A stretch of DNA of 64,000 bases from Ginglymostoma cirratum (taxonomy: Eukaryota). The stretch covers positions 48,801,884 to 48,865,883 of the forward strand of contig JAHRHZ010000014.1 of the NCBI GenBank assembly GCA_024137785.1. Direction: 5' to 3'. Numbering within the stretch: the first letter of the stretch is position 1; every line of letters begins with the position of its first letter. A program made the position numbers and the translations under genes. Below, in pieces: positions 11,661-23,852 of this stretch. The notes beneath the pieces are model-generated. The model was not told the DNA's origin, did not search any database, and saw nothing but the letters and a program-made list of their open reading frames with translations.

Positions 11661-13634
11661 GCTTTGTTTTCTTTTTGTCCCTTTTCATGTTGAGGCTGCA
11701 CTCTGGAACTCAGGAAGAGCAGAACGGTTTCCTTACTGTGATTGAGGGAGAGAATGCACAGGGAAAATTCCAATTGTGACAACTAAAATATTTTTAAAAA
11801 ATATATTAAAATGAGGGATGAAATAAGTAATTTAAAATTTGGTACGAACTTAAAAGAAAAAGCAAGCGCGAAGGTTAGCTGAAAATTGTGACGTGAGCAT
11901 TTAACAGGCAAGAATTTGGATAAAATCAATTAAAGCATACTTATGCAGTAAATTTTTATATCATTTTCCAACATGAGTGGCATGCAAGCTATTAGACTGT
12001 GACTTTTCTTTTACCGTTGATGGTATGTAGTGCACTTCATAGAACACTTGAGATTTTCATTTTAGGAAATTTCTCCATGCTTTAAGAATCCCTGTTGTTT
12101 TTGAAAATTGCATTCTGCCCTTTGTAACAGTCTTGAAAACCTTGAGTGAGCTCATGTTTCTTTTTAATGATTGAAATAGCTTGCATTATCACTGTAGTTA
12201 CATCCCATGAAACAGATAAAAGTTTGACATGTACTTTTTGTGCAAGCATTTTTCATGGAAGAGCAAAATGAATATTTGCGTTTTTTTAAAGTGTGCTGCT
12301 GCTGAATCAATGCAGACTTTTAATATTAAAAATTGAATTGAACATAAGAGGGAGCTCTTGTTCAGCGTTTTCTTAAAACAGTAGACTATTCCTAATTCTG
12401 TAAACATTTGTTTTTCTCAATGGTTCATGTGCTGTCAATATTTCAACATTATTAGTTTTTGTGTGATTGTGTTCTATAGATCGACCTGAGCATCCACCCA
12501 CTCTGCCTCAATGATCAGTGAATATTATAGCGTGTCTTATGAATTTCTAACAAGCACATTCCTTATCAATAAGAGACTTTTTTTAACTTAATGCTTAAAT
12601 ATCTTAGCAATTCCAGCATTGTAAATAAAAATACACATATTTATGCAAAGATAAATATTACTTCAAGACATCTATTCAGAATTTTAATTTGTTCATTCAA
12701 ATGCTCTATAATTTGAAATGGTTTTGATTCATTACTTGGGATGAGGAGGATAGATAGTGATCACCGGGAACTTGTCTTGGCATTGCACCAGTTGAAGCCA
12801 AAAAGACCTTTGGGTACTTTCTGCATTTCTGTTCCTGAATATCCCACAACTTTTTTATGGATAGAATGTAATTTTTTTTTAAAGCAGAACTTTTTTTTTG
12901 AAAAGGGCAGATCAGTGTGTGTTCTCAAAGCTCCTTGAAATAGTGGAAACCATAGTGAAAGTTTCACAATCGCTGCAAACTAAAACACTTGGATGTACAT
13001 GTTGAGCTGTGCCGTTTTAGATTTTGTAGCGTTAAAGCCAAAGGAAGAAGAACCAGATGAAATATGTGTGCAGGCTCCTAATAACAGTTAATATAACTTT
13101 GTTTGTCATAAAGCAGAGTTTGCAGAAACTGGTCATCTTACAGCATGCCCAGTTATATTTTCTTCTTGCAGCCTTTAGTTTGAAATCCTAGTTCTAGACG
13201 GCTGCAAGAAGTCAGAGTTAATAATGGCACAAAGAGGGCAGCAGAGCATCTGGGATCTTGGTGAATGATGTGTCCAACATTATATCCCCGTAACTAATGA
13301 AATATAGGGATTAAGAAATAAACAGATGGAGGATTGGAAGGAGGGTGAGTTAGAGGGTTTAAATCAATGACAAATCTGTTAATGAAAGAGAAAGTCCTAG
13401 TGATGAAAGCTATTGTTGACAATGCTGTCTGTTCGCTTTGTTTTGTATTTGCTTTCAGACAGAGCCGTCCATTATTTTACAATTAACACCGAGTCTGGAC
13501 AACTGTTTTCTTTCTTTGCTAGAGCTGCTACCACTCCCGTTGTCTTTTATTCCATGACATCTTTGTTGTTCAGTCTCTCTAGCCCTTTATTCAGTCTCAG
13601 ACTTTAATTCCCATCATGTTTCTATATCCTTTCT

Positions 13635-13778
13635 GTTACGATGAAGAATCTTATTTGACTTAAAGCATTAACTCTCAAACTCTGTTTTTCCTACAGATAC
13701 TGTCAGACTTTGAGTTTTTCCAAAACATTCTGTTTTTATTTGAGACTTCCGGCATCTGCAGTACTTTGCTTTTATTGT
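13635..13778 (+). mobile_element. Old PLE family B-like 3' end
   Basis: GATGAAGAATC...ATTAACTCT...CAGATACTGTCAGAC...CGGCATCTGCAGTACTTTGCTTTTATT aligns with the right arms at 14690-14820 and 17558-17689. Confidence 0.6.
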
Positions 13779-14614
13779 GTAAATATTGTTTGAGAAAGCT
13801 ATATATTCAGCTGTTCATTCCTCTACTTAAAAGTTTTATGGTGGGCTTACTGGATAATTAATATCTAAAGGCAGCAACTTAACTGAACTTCTCGGATTGT
13901 TAACAATGCCCTCATGTTTCTCTGAAGCTAACAGCTGAGTATAAAGACTGCATCTTTTTATTTTCCTGTATTTTGACTGTGAACTGATAGGAAATGAACT
14001 GTTTATAAATCAAAAATTGAAGATAGGATTGCTGCCATTTTTTAAAAGCAAGTTAGTTGACATTCATCACCAGTATTGTTCATACTACTGCTTGTTGAAG
14101 CAGTGGGAGAAGTTAGTACAGATGAGAGAGAGCTAGGGGATGTGTACTGATGGAGATTTGGCTGACAACAAGTAGCTGATTGGTCTGTGGAGTGGTGACC
14201 ATTGTCAGTGTCAAGTCAATGACTTTCTGCCTGCCAACAACTATGTAATTGGCTCTCTGGCAGCTGTACAGCTTGTGGATGTGAATGTTTGGTCAGAAGC
14301 CATTGAACCTTCGAAAAGAATGGAGCTGTATTTTTCTCTGCAGGTAAAACAAAAATCTCACCCCTGAAGAAAGCAATTTACCTTTCCTCCTCAGTTGCTG
14401 CAAGCTGTCGACCTTAACCAATGAGTCAGAGATTTTATAAGAGTGAACCAGGTCCCCCCTCTGGCTCCTACGTGCAAGTGAAAGAGGGAGAATCAAGGAG
14501 CAGCAGGTCCTGACAGGACAAAATGATCATCTCGGTGAACCCTGCAGATAAGGGCCATTCAATTGCATTCCCAAATTTTCCTTTCACCTATAACATCATT
14601 TTCTGTTTCACAAA

Positions 14615-14822
14615 GAAAAATGGAAATGACTATCAAAAATGAGCAGGTCTAGCAACATCTGTAGAGAGAAAGCAGAGTTGACATTTGGGACTGAGGAAGG
14701 GTCGCTGGACCCAAAATGTTAACTCTGCTTTCTCTCCACAGATGCTGCCACATTTGCTGAGCTTTTCCAGCAATTTCTGTTTCGTTTCTGATTCCAGCAT
14801 CCCTAGTCATTTGTTTTATTTT
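14615..14822. mobile_element. PLE family B palindromic insertion
   Basis: Left arm GAGCAGGTCTAGCAACATCTGTAGAGAGAAAGCAGAGTTGACATTT is inverted relative to right arm CTGAGGAAGGGTCGCTGGACCCAAAATGTTAACTCTGCTTTCTCTCCACAGATGCTGCC. Confidence 0.8.
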
Positions 14823-15100
14823 TGTTTACCATTATCTTTATGTCTGACTGAATGTGTAGTGGGGTTGGGGGGTTAGAGTTTTGAGTAATAGATTAATGTA
14901 TTTATGGTTCCTAGCTATTTGCATGTCATTAGAAGTTATTTATTATTAATAAATAGTAAGTCTTCACAAGTACAAATACCACGTTCATGTTTTTTGTCAA
15001 CTGTGGTAATAACAACATTTAAATTGGGGAACTTTGTAGAATTTAATAAAATCTTTAACTTGTGTGATTACCCAGGAATAGCTGGGCTTGATTCCCAGAG

Positions 15101-15182
15101 GTTTAGGCCCGAAACGTCAAGTTTTCCTGCTCCTATGATGCTGCTTGACCTGCTGTGTTCATCCAGCCCCATGCTTGTTATC
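15101..15182 (+). mobile_element. PLE family A short insertion (young)
   Basis: Perfect 14-bp TSD CTTGATTCCCAGAG at 15087-15100 and 15183-15196. Identical to the reverse complement of 62675-62756. Confidence 0.9.
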
Positions 15183-16402
15183 CTTGATTCCCAGAGTGTT
15201 AACCCAGTGAGGCAGAACACAAGTGATAGATTTGTGGTGAGTCATAATTCACCACCAGTTTCTTGTTGATTTTTACAGATACAATTTTATTTCAAACAAA
15301 TTTAGCCCATTTCCTTTGAGAAACAAAAACTAGAACATGATTGTTTTCTTTTTTCAATGTCTACATGGATTACCAGCTAAATGTTTCTCTTAGTCAAGTT
15401 TTTGTGAAATTATGCTGCCCACTTCAAGCCTGACTACTGAGTGTTATATTTGGCCTGTGTGTCTGGCTTCAGATTGTTACCTGTGCCAAATGAATCCAGG
15501 AGACATTCAAACCTTAATCAAGCTTTTGACATTTGCTGTTAGAAATCCTGGTTTCGCAGTGTTTCTCAGCAATTTCAGATCTGCAACATTTTGAGATTCA
15601 TCTGATAACTGTTTGTTAACAAGCCTCTAAGAATTGTCAAGCTAAGGATATGGGCCAGAAGCAGTTTAGTTTGGGATTAAGTTTGGCATGGACTGGTTGG
15701 ATCGAAGGGTCTGTTTTCATGCTGTATGGCTCTATATGATATAATTTCTATTGAGTAGGAACTGGAGATATTCTGAAGTACAGTTGAACTGTAAGGTGAT
15801 GTACGAGGGGGTTGGTGGGTGAGTGCTGTGCTGCACAATTGGAAGGTAACTTCTGGGAAGTACTGTTAAATTTTAGCTTTTCTGCACCAGCAATGAACTT
15901 ATTTGTACCATATACATTCAAAGCCAGAATCTTGCTCAAATCCATTGCTTCAATCAAGTCCCCAGTTGCCCTTCCTAATATGTTCCTGGTTGGTTTAGCA
16001 TCCATCTTTCTTATGCCCAGTCATGAATGTCTTGAGTTAACATAACATATCTGGAGCAGCTGGCTAATTTTAAACCATCGCTGCGGTTCACCCACTGGAT
16101 ATTGGCCTTGAGTTCAAAATGGAGGTATATCAAGTTTTGTTTTCAGTGACCAGATACAGCCACAAGTAAAATTTGCTAACTAAATCTTATTTGAAATTTC
16201 CTCTGTTGATATAGTACTTATTTTTAAAATTCAGAATAAAGGTGATTCTGTTAATTTATATTAGAGGGATCAACTATAACATACATACACTTTCACACTT
16301 TTCTTGGATCGAAATGCCTGGAACTGAATCAAAATGAATGGACAAACAAATTCTTTTCCAAAAGTAAATCAGCGTATGAAAGAGAACACCATTCAATCTA
16401 TT

Positions 16403-17029
16403 CGTAACACAGTGTGGAACTGGATGAACACAGCAGGCCAGGCAGCATCAGAGGAGCAGGAAAGCTGATGTTTCGGGTCGAGACCCTTCTTCAGAAATGT
16501 TGACATTGAATATTGGATTGTGATGTNNNNNNNNNNNNNNNNNNNNNNNNNNNNNNNNNNNNNNNNNNNNNNNNNNNNNNNNNNNNNNNNNNNNNNNNNN
16601 NNNNNNNNNNNNNNNNNNNNNNNNNNNNNNNNNNNNNNNNNNNNNNNNNNNNNNNNNNNNNNNNNNNNNNNNNNNNNNNNNNNNNNNNNNNNNNNNNNNN
16701 NNNNNNNNNNNNNNNNNNNNNNNNNNNNNNNNNNNNNNNNNNNNNNNNNNNNNNNNNNNNNNNNNNNNNNNNNNNNNNNNNNNNNNNNNNNNNNNNNNNN
16801 NNNNNNNNNNNNNNNNNNNNNNNNNNNNNNNNNNNNNNNNNNNNNNNNNNNNNNNNNNNNNNNNNNNNNNNNNNNNNNNNNNNNNNNNNNNNNNNNNNNN
16901 NNNNNNNNNNNNNNNNNNNNNNNNNNATGCCAGCTTTCCTGCTCCTCTGATGCTGCCTGGCCTGCTGTGTTCCCCCAGCTGCACACCGTGTTATCTCAGA
17001 CTTCAGCATCGGCAGTTCTTACTATCTCT
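16403..17029. mobile_element. PLE family A inverted-repeat insertion spanning an assembly gap
   Basis: Left arm 16403-16496 is inverted relative to right arm 16927-17028. 12-bp TSD ATTCAATCTATT at 16391-16402 and 17030-17041. Confidence 0.85.
16527..16926. other. Assembly gap (400 N)
   Basis: Run of N. Confidence 1.
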
Positions 17030-17478
17030 ATTCAATCTATTGAGCCTTTTACATCATTCTCAAGTTGCTGCAAAGTTGAGTTGAGTTCATAATGTTTATT
17101 TCTCATTCCTCTGGGAGAGTCCTGTGTAAGTACTTGTTGATTTTGAAATCGTCTCTTGTACAATAGCATTCAGTAGTAATGATTCTGGGAGACAGCTAAC
17201 TCCTTGCCTTTCCTATGGTAAATTCTGTTCATTTAGTTAGTAGCAGAATTGTAGATCCATGAAAACTCCATCTGTAACAGTGCTAATCTGGATAAGACAG
17301 TTGAATTTAGCAGAATAAATATAGGGAATGATCTCGTGGTTTCATGTTTCACCGATTACAAAATAAGCAAACCCCAGCCAGCAATTTACTATCCAGCTAC
17401 CCATTCCTTCTTATCAGTCATGATTTTTTTCTTCGACAGTGATGTTTTCCATCTCCCTAGATCCAATAATGCAAGAAT

Positions 17479-17689
17479 CAGCAGCAAGTCTGGCACCATC
17501 TGTGGAGAGAAATCAGAGTTAAAGTTTTGGGTCCGGTGACCCTTCCTCAGAACTGATCTGTGGAAGGGTGATTGGCCTTGAAACATTAACTCTAATTTCT
17601 AATCGCAGATGCTGCCAGACCTGCTGAGTTTTTCAAGCAATTTCTGTTTTTGTTTCTGATTTACAGCATCCGCAATTCTTTCGGTTTTT
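17479..17689. mobile_element. PLE family B palindromic insertion
   Basis: Inverted arms GTCTGGCACCATCTGTGGAGAGAAATCAGAGTTAA...GACCCTTCCTCAGAAC and CTGTGGAAGGGTGA...TTAACTCT...CAGATGCTGCCAGAC. TSD TGCAAGAAT at 17470-17478 and 17692-17700. Confidence 0.85.
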
Positions 17690-18534
17690 AGTGCAAGAAT
17701 TATGTTGAGTATTTATCATCCAGTAAATACCTGAAAAGGCAAATACAAAACTGCTTGCATTCTTTGGGTTGTCTGTTATTGACCTGAACAGATCTTTGCA
17801 TTTAATAGAATGGCTGCTTTTAAGGGGTTTTGTGCAAGCATCCTACATGTGATCCAAGCTTATTTGAAAAAAAAATTGCTCAGGTAATTCATTCCAATGT
17901 TCTCTAATGGATGAGAAGAAGGAGCGAGAGTTTATTCAAAGTCATCCAATCATCCTTCTGGTCTTAAACCAATCAGAAATTTGCCAATGATTCAAACTGC
18001 AAAAAGTGGCTTTCTATTCAAGTTAGAGATTATACAATTAATATTTCAGACTATTCAAAGAGAGGGAAAACATTCCAAACATGTTCATTCTTGCTAATTT
18101 AATGGCTAAGTTAAACATTACGAGCTATCCTTCTGTAAATGTTGTTTTAAAGAAGCAGATTTATGACCCACAAAGAGAATTTACTGCTGATTCGCTCATC
18201 TTTACACTAAATAATTTAGACCATGAACTTTGTGTTTTCATGCAACACCATTTTTTACTAAAAACCTATATAAAGTGGCTTTATTGTAACAGTGTTTTTT
18301 ATAACACACTTTTCACATTAGATTAAGGAGATAGCTTCTTGAATAACTTCCACAGCCTTTTGGATTATTTTGATGACTAATTTAGTTACATTGCCTGTCT
18401 AGTTATGTTTGTGTTATCAAAAAAGAGGAGCAAAATTTCTGGTTGTCCTGGTTAACATTCTATCCTTGACCGAAAGCACACAAAAAAATTTAGGCTATAT
18501 TACCATCCGTCCCGTTTGTATTCGTCAAATTAAG

Positions 18535-18925
18535 GGGAGGCCTTGTCCTAGTGGTATTATTGCTGCGCTGTTAATCCAAAAACCCAGGAATTGTTCTGGG
18601 GACTGGGGTTTGAATCCTGCCACAGCAGATGGTAGAATTTGAATTCAGTAAAAAAGTGGAATTAACAAGTGTACTGATGATCATGAATCCATTGTCGATT
18701 GTTGGGAAAACCCATCTGGTTCACTAATATCCTTTATGGGAGGAAACTGCTGCCCTTACCTGGCCTTGCCTTTATGTGATTCCAGACCCACAGCTATGTG
18801 GTTTTCTCTTAACTGTGGTCTCTCTTAACTTTCTCTTAACTATGTGGTTTTCTCTTAACCCTCCAGGATGGGCAATAAATACTGGCCTGGCCAGTGATAC
18901 CTTCAACCCATGAATAAATAGAGAA
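18535..18925 (+). mobile_element. tRNA-derived SINE sharing its 3' tail with the LINE at 26186-29160
   Basis: A-box-like TGTCCTAGTGG and B-box-like GGTTTGAATCC. Body homologous to 29965-30108+31357-31540, 35630-35950 and 54010-54320. Tail GGCAATAAATACTGGCCTGGCCAGTGATACC. Confidence 0.8.
18794..18859 (+). repeat. Irregular tandem duplication of TCTCTTAAC units inside a SINE
   Basis: CTATGTGGTTTTCTCTTAA CTGTGGTCTCTCTTAA CTTTCTCTTAA CTATGTGGTTTTCTCTTAAC. Confidence 0.9.
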
Positions 18926-19034
18926 GAAAAGTCTTGGCATGTAGGGTGGCTATATTAATAACGATTACTTTGTCTCCTGTTGAGACATAGTACAAATGTG
19001 CAATATCGATACAACAGTTTACAGTTATAGAGTG

Positions 19035-19830
19035 TCTTCAGTACAGTAACATATTCCAAGGTGCTTCACAGAAACATTTTCAGGTGACATAAAGCAAGAG
19101 AGGGGTAGATGGCCAAAACATTGATTTTGTCTTAAAGGAGGGACGGGAGGCAGCATGTTTTAAAGTGGGAATTTTGGCACTCAGTTTACAGGCAGAAGGT
19201 CCAACTCCAACTGGTGGAGCAACTAAAATTAGGAATGTTTATGAGGCTAGAATCTGTTGAGTACACATATCTTGGAGGATTGATGGGCTAGAGGAGATTA
19301 CTGAGATAGGAAGAGATGTGGCCATGACTGGATTTGGAAATTAGTTTTGAAAGCAAGGCATTGCTTTACTGGGACTCAGTAAAGGTCGTCATCGGTGTGA
19401 TGGATGAACAGAACTTGTTATGGACGTGGATATCAGAGTTTTAAATGAGTGCAGGTTGCTCAAATGTGAGAGGCCAGCAAAGAGTATATTACAATAGTCA
19501 AATCTCAAATTAACAAAGAGTTGTCTGAAACCTCGAGCAGCTGACGAGGTGGGACAGGGGTAAAATAGAAAGTTGTTACTGAGGTGAAAATAAGAATCTT
19601 TGTGGGGAAATAAAGCTGGAAGCTGAGGTCAGGATTAAATATAATACTGTTAGCAGCCTCTGTTGTGACAGAAGCATTATAGCTACCTAGGGAGCAGAAT
19701 TAGGACCTGGGACTGAAGATGATGGCTTCAGCCTTCCCAATATTTCATTGCAGCACATTTCTGTTCATTCAGTACTGGATATCAACAGTTTAGAGACATT
19801 GGAGGTGCCAGTGAGGTGAAATGGACAAGC
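19035..19830 (-). mobile_element. L2-like LINE 3' fragment
   Basis: Diverged; similar to 4540-5000 and to the reverse complement of 61860-62110. Confidence 0.5.
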
Positions 19831-20769
19831 CAGTTTTTCTTTTTGTTTGTTTTAGCAAATTAATCCTTTTTCTGCCATAAAGTAACAAGCATTTTAAATT
19901 TGACAGATTTGTCCTATGGAATATGATCTTCTTGTCAAAGCTGATACAATAGAGTTGCTGTATGGGCTATCATTACAGACTGATGGTGAGGTGTTCCTTT
20001 ACTTGGGGAGAGCATTAACACAGTTATACTTAGTAGAGGCTTGACTGGAAAGAAGTCAGCTGTTCACCCCAGTGGCTGGGCAGTAATGAAGGATAATGAA
20101 CAGCGCAAGTGGAAGTATAATTTAAATAAAATACATACTTTGCCAGAAAATCCATTACCTATCACCTCGTACTTGTTAACCTACGCAGGTTCCCAGCAAG
20201 TCTAAAATCACCATTTGTGCTTATCCAGATTGAAATTGTGCCAGTAAAACTGCCTGTGTCATTTTTTAACCCTAAACCCCTTTTGATCTTGCTGTGCCCA
20301 GCTTAATTTATAATGTAACCAACTGCTGCCATGAGTTTTCTGAAGATGCTATGGGTTATAGACAAGAATTTTTTGCTTTACTCAGTGATATGCCTAAGAT
20401 TGGTATTTTGCATAAGCATACATGTGGGAGTTGGAGAAGTTACCATCATGCTGCCCCATGCTTTTCTGTTTATCATTTCTATCTTTTCTGTAGCTTTTCT
20501 TATCACACAACATTAAAAGCAAAGTTGCTCCTGGTCATAACATAATCCTCTGACAGGATTTAGGAAACTTGAAAGGAAAACACCTTGAACAGGTTCCAGA
20601 ATTACACCTTACTGCATGTGGATGCAAAAAGTCATGTCTTCCTTTTCTTGGTCTTGTATTATATGACTGGACGGCATGGTGGCTCGGTGATCAGCACTGC
20701 TGCCTCACAGCACCCAAGGTCTTGGATAACAAGAAAAATGAGGATACTTTCCTGGCACCTTGACTGATA

Positions 20770-22140
20770 TGATGAATATTTCAAGCAACGACATGAAATC
20801 AAAGAAAATAATCTGGTTATTCACACACTTGCTATTGGTGAGACTTTTCTCTGCAGGAACTGCTTGCTGTATTTGCTTACACAATGGATGTGATTACATT
20901 TAGAACATAGAACATAGAACATTACAGCGCAGTGCAGGCCCTTCGGCCCTCGATGTTGCGCCGACCTGTGAAACCAATCTGAAGCCTATCTAACCTACAC
21001 TATTCCATTATCATCCATATGTTTATCCAACGACCATTTAAATGCCCTTAAAGTTGGCGAGTCTACAACTGCTGCAGGCAAGGCATTCCATGCCGTTAGT
21101 ACTCTCTGAGTAAAGAATCTACCTCTGACATTTGTCCTATATCTTTCACCCCTCAATTTAAAGCTATGTCCCCTCGTGCTAGCCGTCACCATCCGAGGAA
21201 AAAGGCTCTCACGGTCCACCCTATCTAATCTTCTGATCTATTTGTATGTCTCTATTTAAGTCCCCTCTTGACCTTCTTCTCTCTAATGAAAACAGCCTCA
21301 AGTCCTTCAGCCTTTCCTCGTAAGACCTTCCCTCCATACCAGGCAACATCCTGGTAAATCTCCTCTGCACCCTTTCCAATGCTTCCACATCCTTCTTATA
21401 ATGCGGTGACCAGAACTGCACGCAATACTCCAAGTGCGGCCGCACCAGAGTTTTGTACAGCTGCAACATGACCTCACGGCTCCGAAACTCAACCCCTCTA
21501 CCAATAAAACCTAACACACCGTACGCCTTCTTAACAACCCTATCAACCTGGGTGGCAACTTTCAGGGATCTATGCACATGGACACCGAGATCTCTCTGCT
21601 CGTCCACACTACCATTAGCCCTGTACTCTGTATTCCTGTTACTCCTTCCAAAGTGGATCACCTCACACTTTTCTGCATTAAACTCCATTTTCCACCTCTC
21701 AGCCCAGCTCTACAGCTTATCTATATCTCTCTGTAACCTGCAACATCCTTCCGCACTATCCACAACTCCACCGACATTAGTGTCATCCGCAAATTTACTA
21801 ACCCATCCTTCTACGCCCTCATCCAGGTCATTTATAAAAATGACAAACAGCAGTGGCCCCAGAACAGATCCTTGCGGTACTCCAGTAGTAACTGAACTCC
21901 AGGATGAACATTTCCCTTCAACCACCACCCTCTGTCTTCTTCCAGCTAGCCAATTTCTGATCCAAACCGCTAAATCACCCTCAATCCCATGCCTCCGAAT
22001 TTTCTGCAATAGCCTACCATGAGAAACCTTATCAAACGCTTCAATCAAATGCTTTACTGAAATTTAATAAGTACTTAATTGAATTTTAAGCTTTAGGATG
22101 TCTCAGAGATGTGTAAAGTGCTGAGTAAATGCAAGTTCAT
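20770..22140 (+). mobile_element. Deu-domain SINE 3' half split by a CR1 insertion (20770-20900 plus 22064-22140)
   Basis: Left piece ATAATCTGGTTATTCACACACTTGCTATTGGTGAGAC...GTGATTACATT resumes on the right as TAATAAGTACTTAATT...GCTTTAGGATGTCTCAGAG...TAAATGCAAGT. Confidence 0.6.
20901..22063 (-). mobile_element. Young 5'-truncated CR1 LINE (RT C-terminal part plus 3' UTR)
   Basis: ORFs 21710-22048, 21221-21688 and 20995-21219 contain [20 protein letters not shown] and VRPHLEYCVQFWSP. (CTATGTT)n tail. Closely similar to 58755-59902. Confidence 0.97.
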
Positions 22141-22171
22141 TTGTTATTTATGCAAATCAATTTATGAATGA

Positions 22172-22270
22172 GACACAAAAACAAAGTTGCTGGAAAAGCT
22201 CAGCAGGTCTAGCGGCATCTGTGAAGGATGAAACAGAGTTAACGTTTCGGGTCAGGTGACCCTCAGAATT
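22172..22270 (-). mobile_element. PLE family B short insertion
   Basis: CAAAAACAAAGTTGCTGGAAAAGCTCAGCAGGTCTAGCGGCATCTGTG...GAGTTAACGTTTCGGGTCAGGTGACCCTCAGAA. Confidence 0.85.
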
Positions 22271-23813
22271 CAGGATTTATGCAATGTCAAAAGCAAGTTA
22301 TTTATAAAGAGGCGAACGCTCCGCAACAAGCACATGCAACCTTTCAGCCCATAGCCTAGTGTTTCCTGTCAGTTTATTTTATACATCAGTGTTTTAAACA
22401 CTCATTTCGAAGATAATGTTTTAACTTTCTTGTTTCGTCAAGAGTTGGACATGTTTCCGAATGTTAACTATGACAGCTGCTGCCACTGTTGATAAATGTT
22501 TAGCTCAACGGTATACTTTAAAAATTGAGCTTTGATTAATGTGCTGGTAAATCGAACCGAGTGAAGTGCGTGTTGAGCCTCAAAAGATCAGCTGGTTATG
22601 ATCTGTCTTAATGTCCATCTAAACAGATAGTAAGGACCTTGGTTTTTGCAGTTTACCAGCAAAACTACTTGTTGCAATGCAGATTCTTTTCTTCTGCTCT
22701 GAAGTGTCATGCTAGATGATGTGCAAAGTTCTTGGAGTGAGACATGGAGGAGCAATCTTCTCAAAGGTGAAAGTGCTACTAACTGAGCAATTTGTAATCG
22801 ACCAAGGAATTCAGATATTCCAAGGTAATGCGAACAACATCTGATCACTGTGGTTGAACTTCAGCCTTTGCACATTCTTCAGTGTTCTTTATGCTATTCG
22901 AACACAACATTGTTGTCCACTTAGCTATGAAAACAATGGCTACAAAGCAGCTTAAGAAGGTTATCGTCATGCTCATAGGGCTGGCAACAAATCTAGCCTT
23001 ACCAATGCCACTCAAATTGTGAGGAAAAGATAACTTAATGTGTCAGAAATCATGGTTTAAGATCATTTCTAACTTCACAGGAAAAATGCACGTGTTGTGA
23101 TGTAATAATCCTGAGACAATAAAAATAACGTATAACATAAAAAATTCTGAATTTATAATTAAGGACAGATTTACCTGAGCATTGTGAAAGTACTGAAAAT
23201 AAACAAGACTCACAAATAAATAAGAGTGAACACACAAATATCTTACCCATGAATTTGTTGACGTAAAATATGTTTTAATAAAGGATGTCATGACATTTGA
23301 CTGGAAATGTGAAGATCATCAGTGACGGTTGGTACTACCCTACATTCAGTAAGCTGCTTGTCTACTGCAGCTTTTAAATATGGAAGAAAACTTTAGGTAA
23401 ATCATTGACCAGTATTGGTCATTGCATGTTCAAACTCACAATATGGTTGGTGTAAGATTTTGTTAAATGCACTCAAGAAGCACAAATGTAATCATTTGGA
23501 GCTATTCACTGCAGGTAGACCAGGTGTGTGTTTGCTTTGTTAGTTTGTTCTGGCTTGATTGCACAATGAGTTTTTATCAGGAAATGGGTGGCGTGGTCTC
23601 AAGGATGTGCTGCTAGCCGGCTGGTTAATATTTTCCTAAAACAGCTTTACTACCTTAGCACTGGAAATGTTTTCCTTTTCCCTGTTCACCTGCTGTGACT
23701 TTTAAGAAAACCTCTTGTTTTAAAAGTGAAAATGCTGCATCACTGTTCTTTGCTTTCCTTAACTTGGCTCAAAACACTGAAATTAAACTTGCTGGCTTGT
23801 TCTTTTTTTCCAG

Positions 23814-23852
23814 GTTGTGACACCGTGCTTGCCACCAGTCAACTATGAGCTG
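23814..23852 (+). CDS. Putative 39-nt internal coding exon (VVTPCLPPVNYEL) of an unidentified host gene
   Basis: Strong acceptor TTGTTCTTTTTTTCCAG and consensus donor CTG|GTAAGT. Length is a multiple of 3 and only phase 0 is stop-free. It lies in a repeat-poor block of about 2.7 kb. Confidence 0.65.

Noticed and set aside
16393-17092. Long ORFs containing X runs (also 62658-63248)
   Set aside because: Artefacts of translating through N gaps.
21453-22022. 189-aa + strand ORF (and similar at 58716-59084, 57075-57368, 27595-27951)
   Set aside because: Antisense shadow frames of LINE ORF2.
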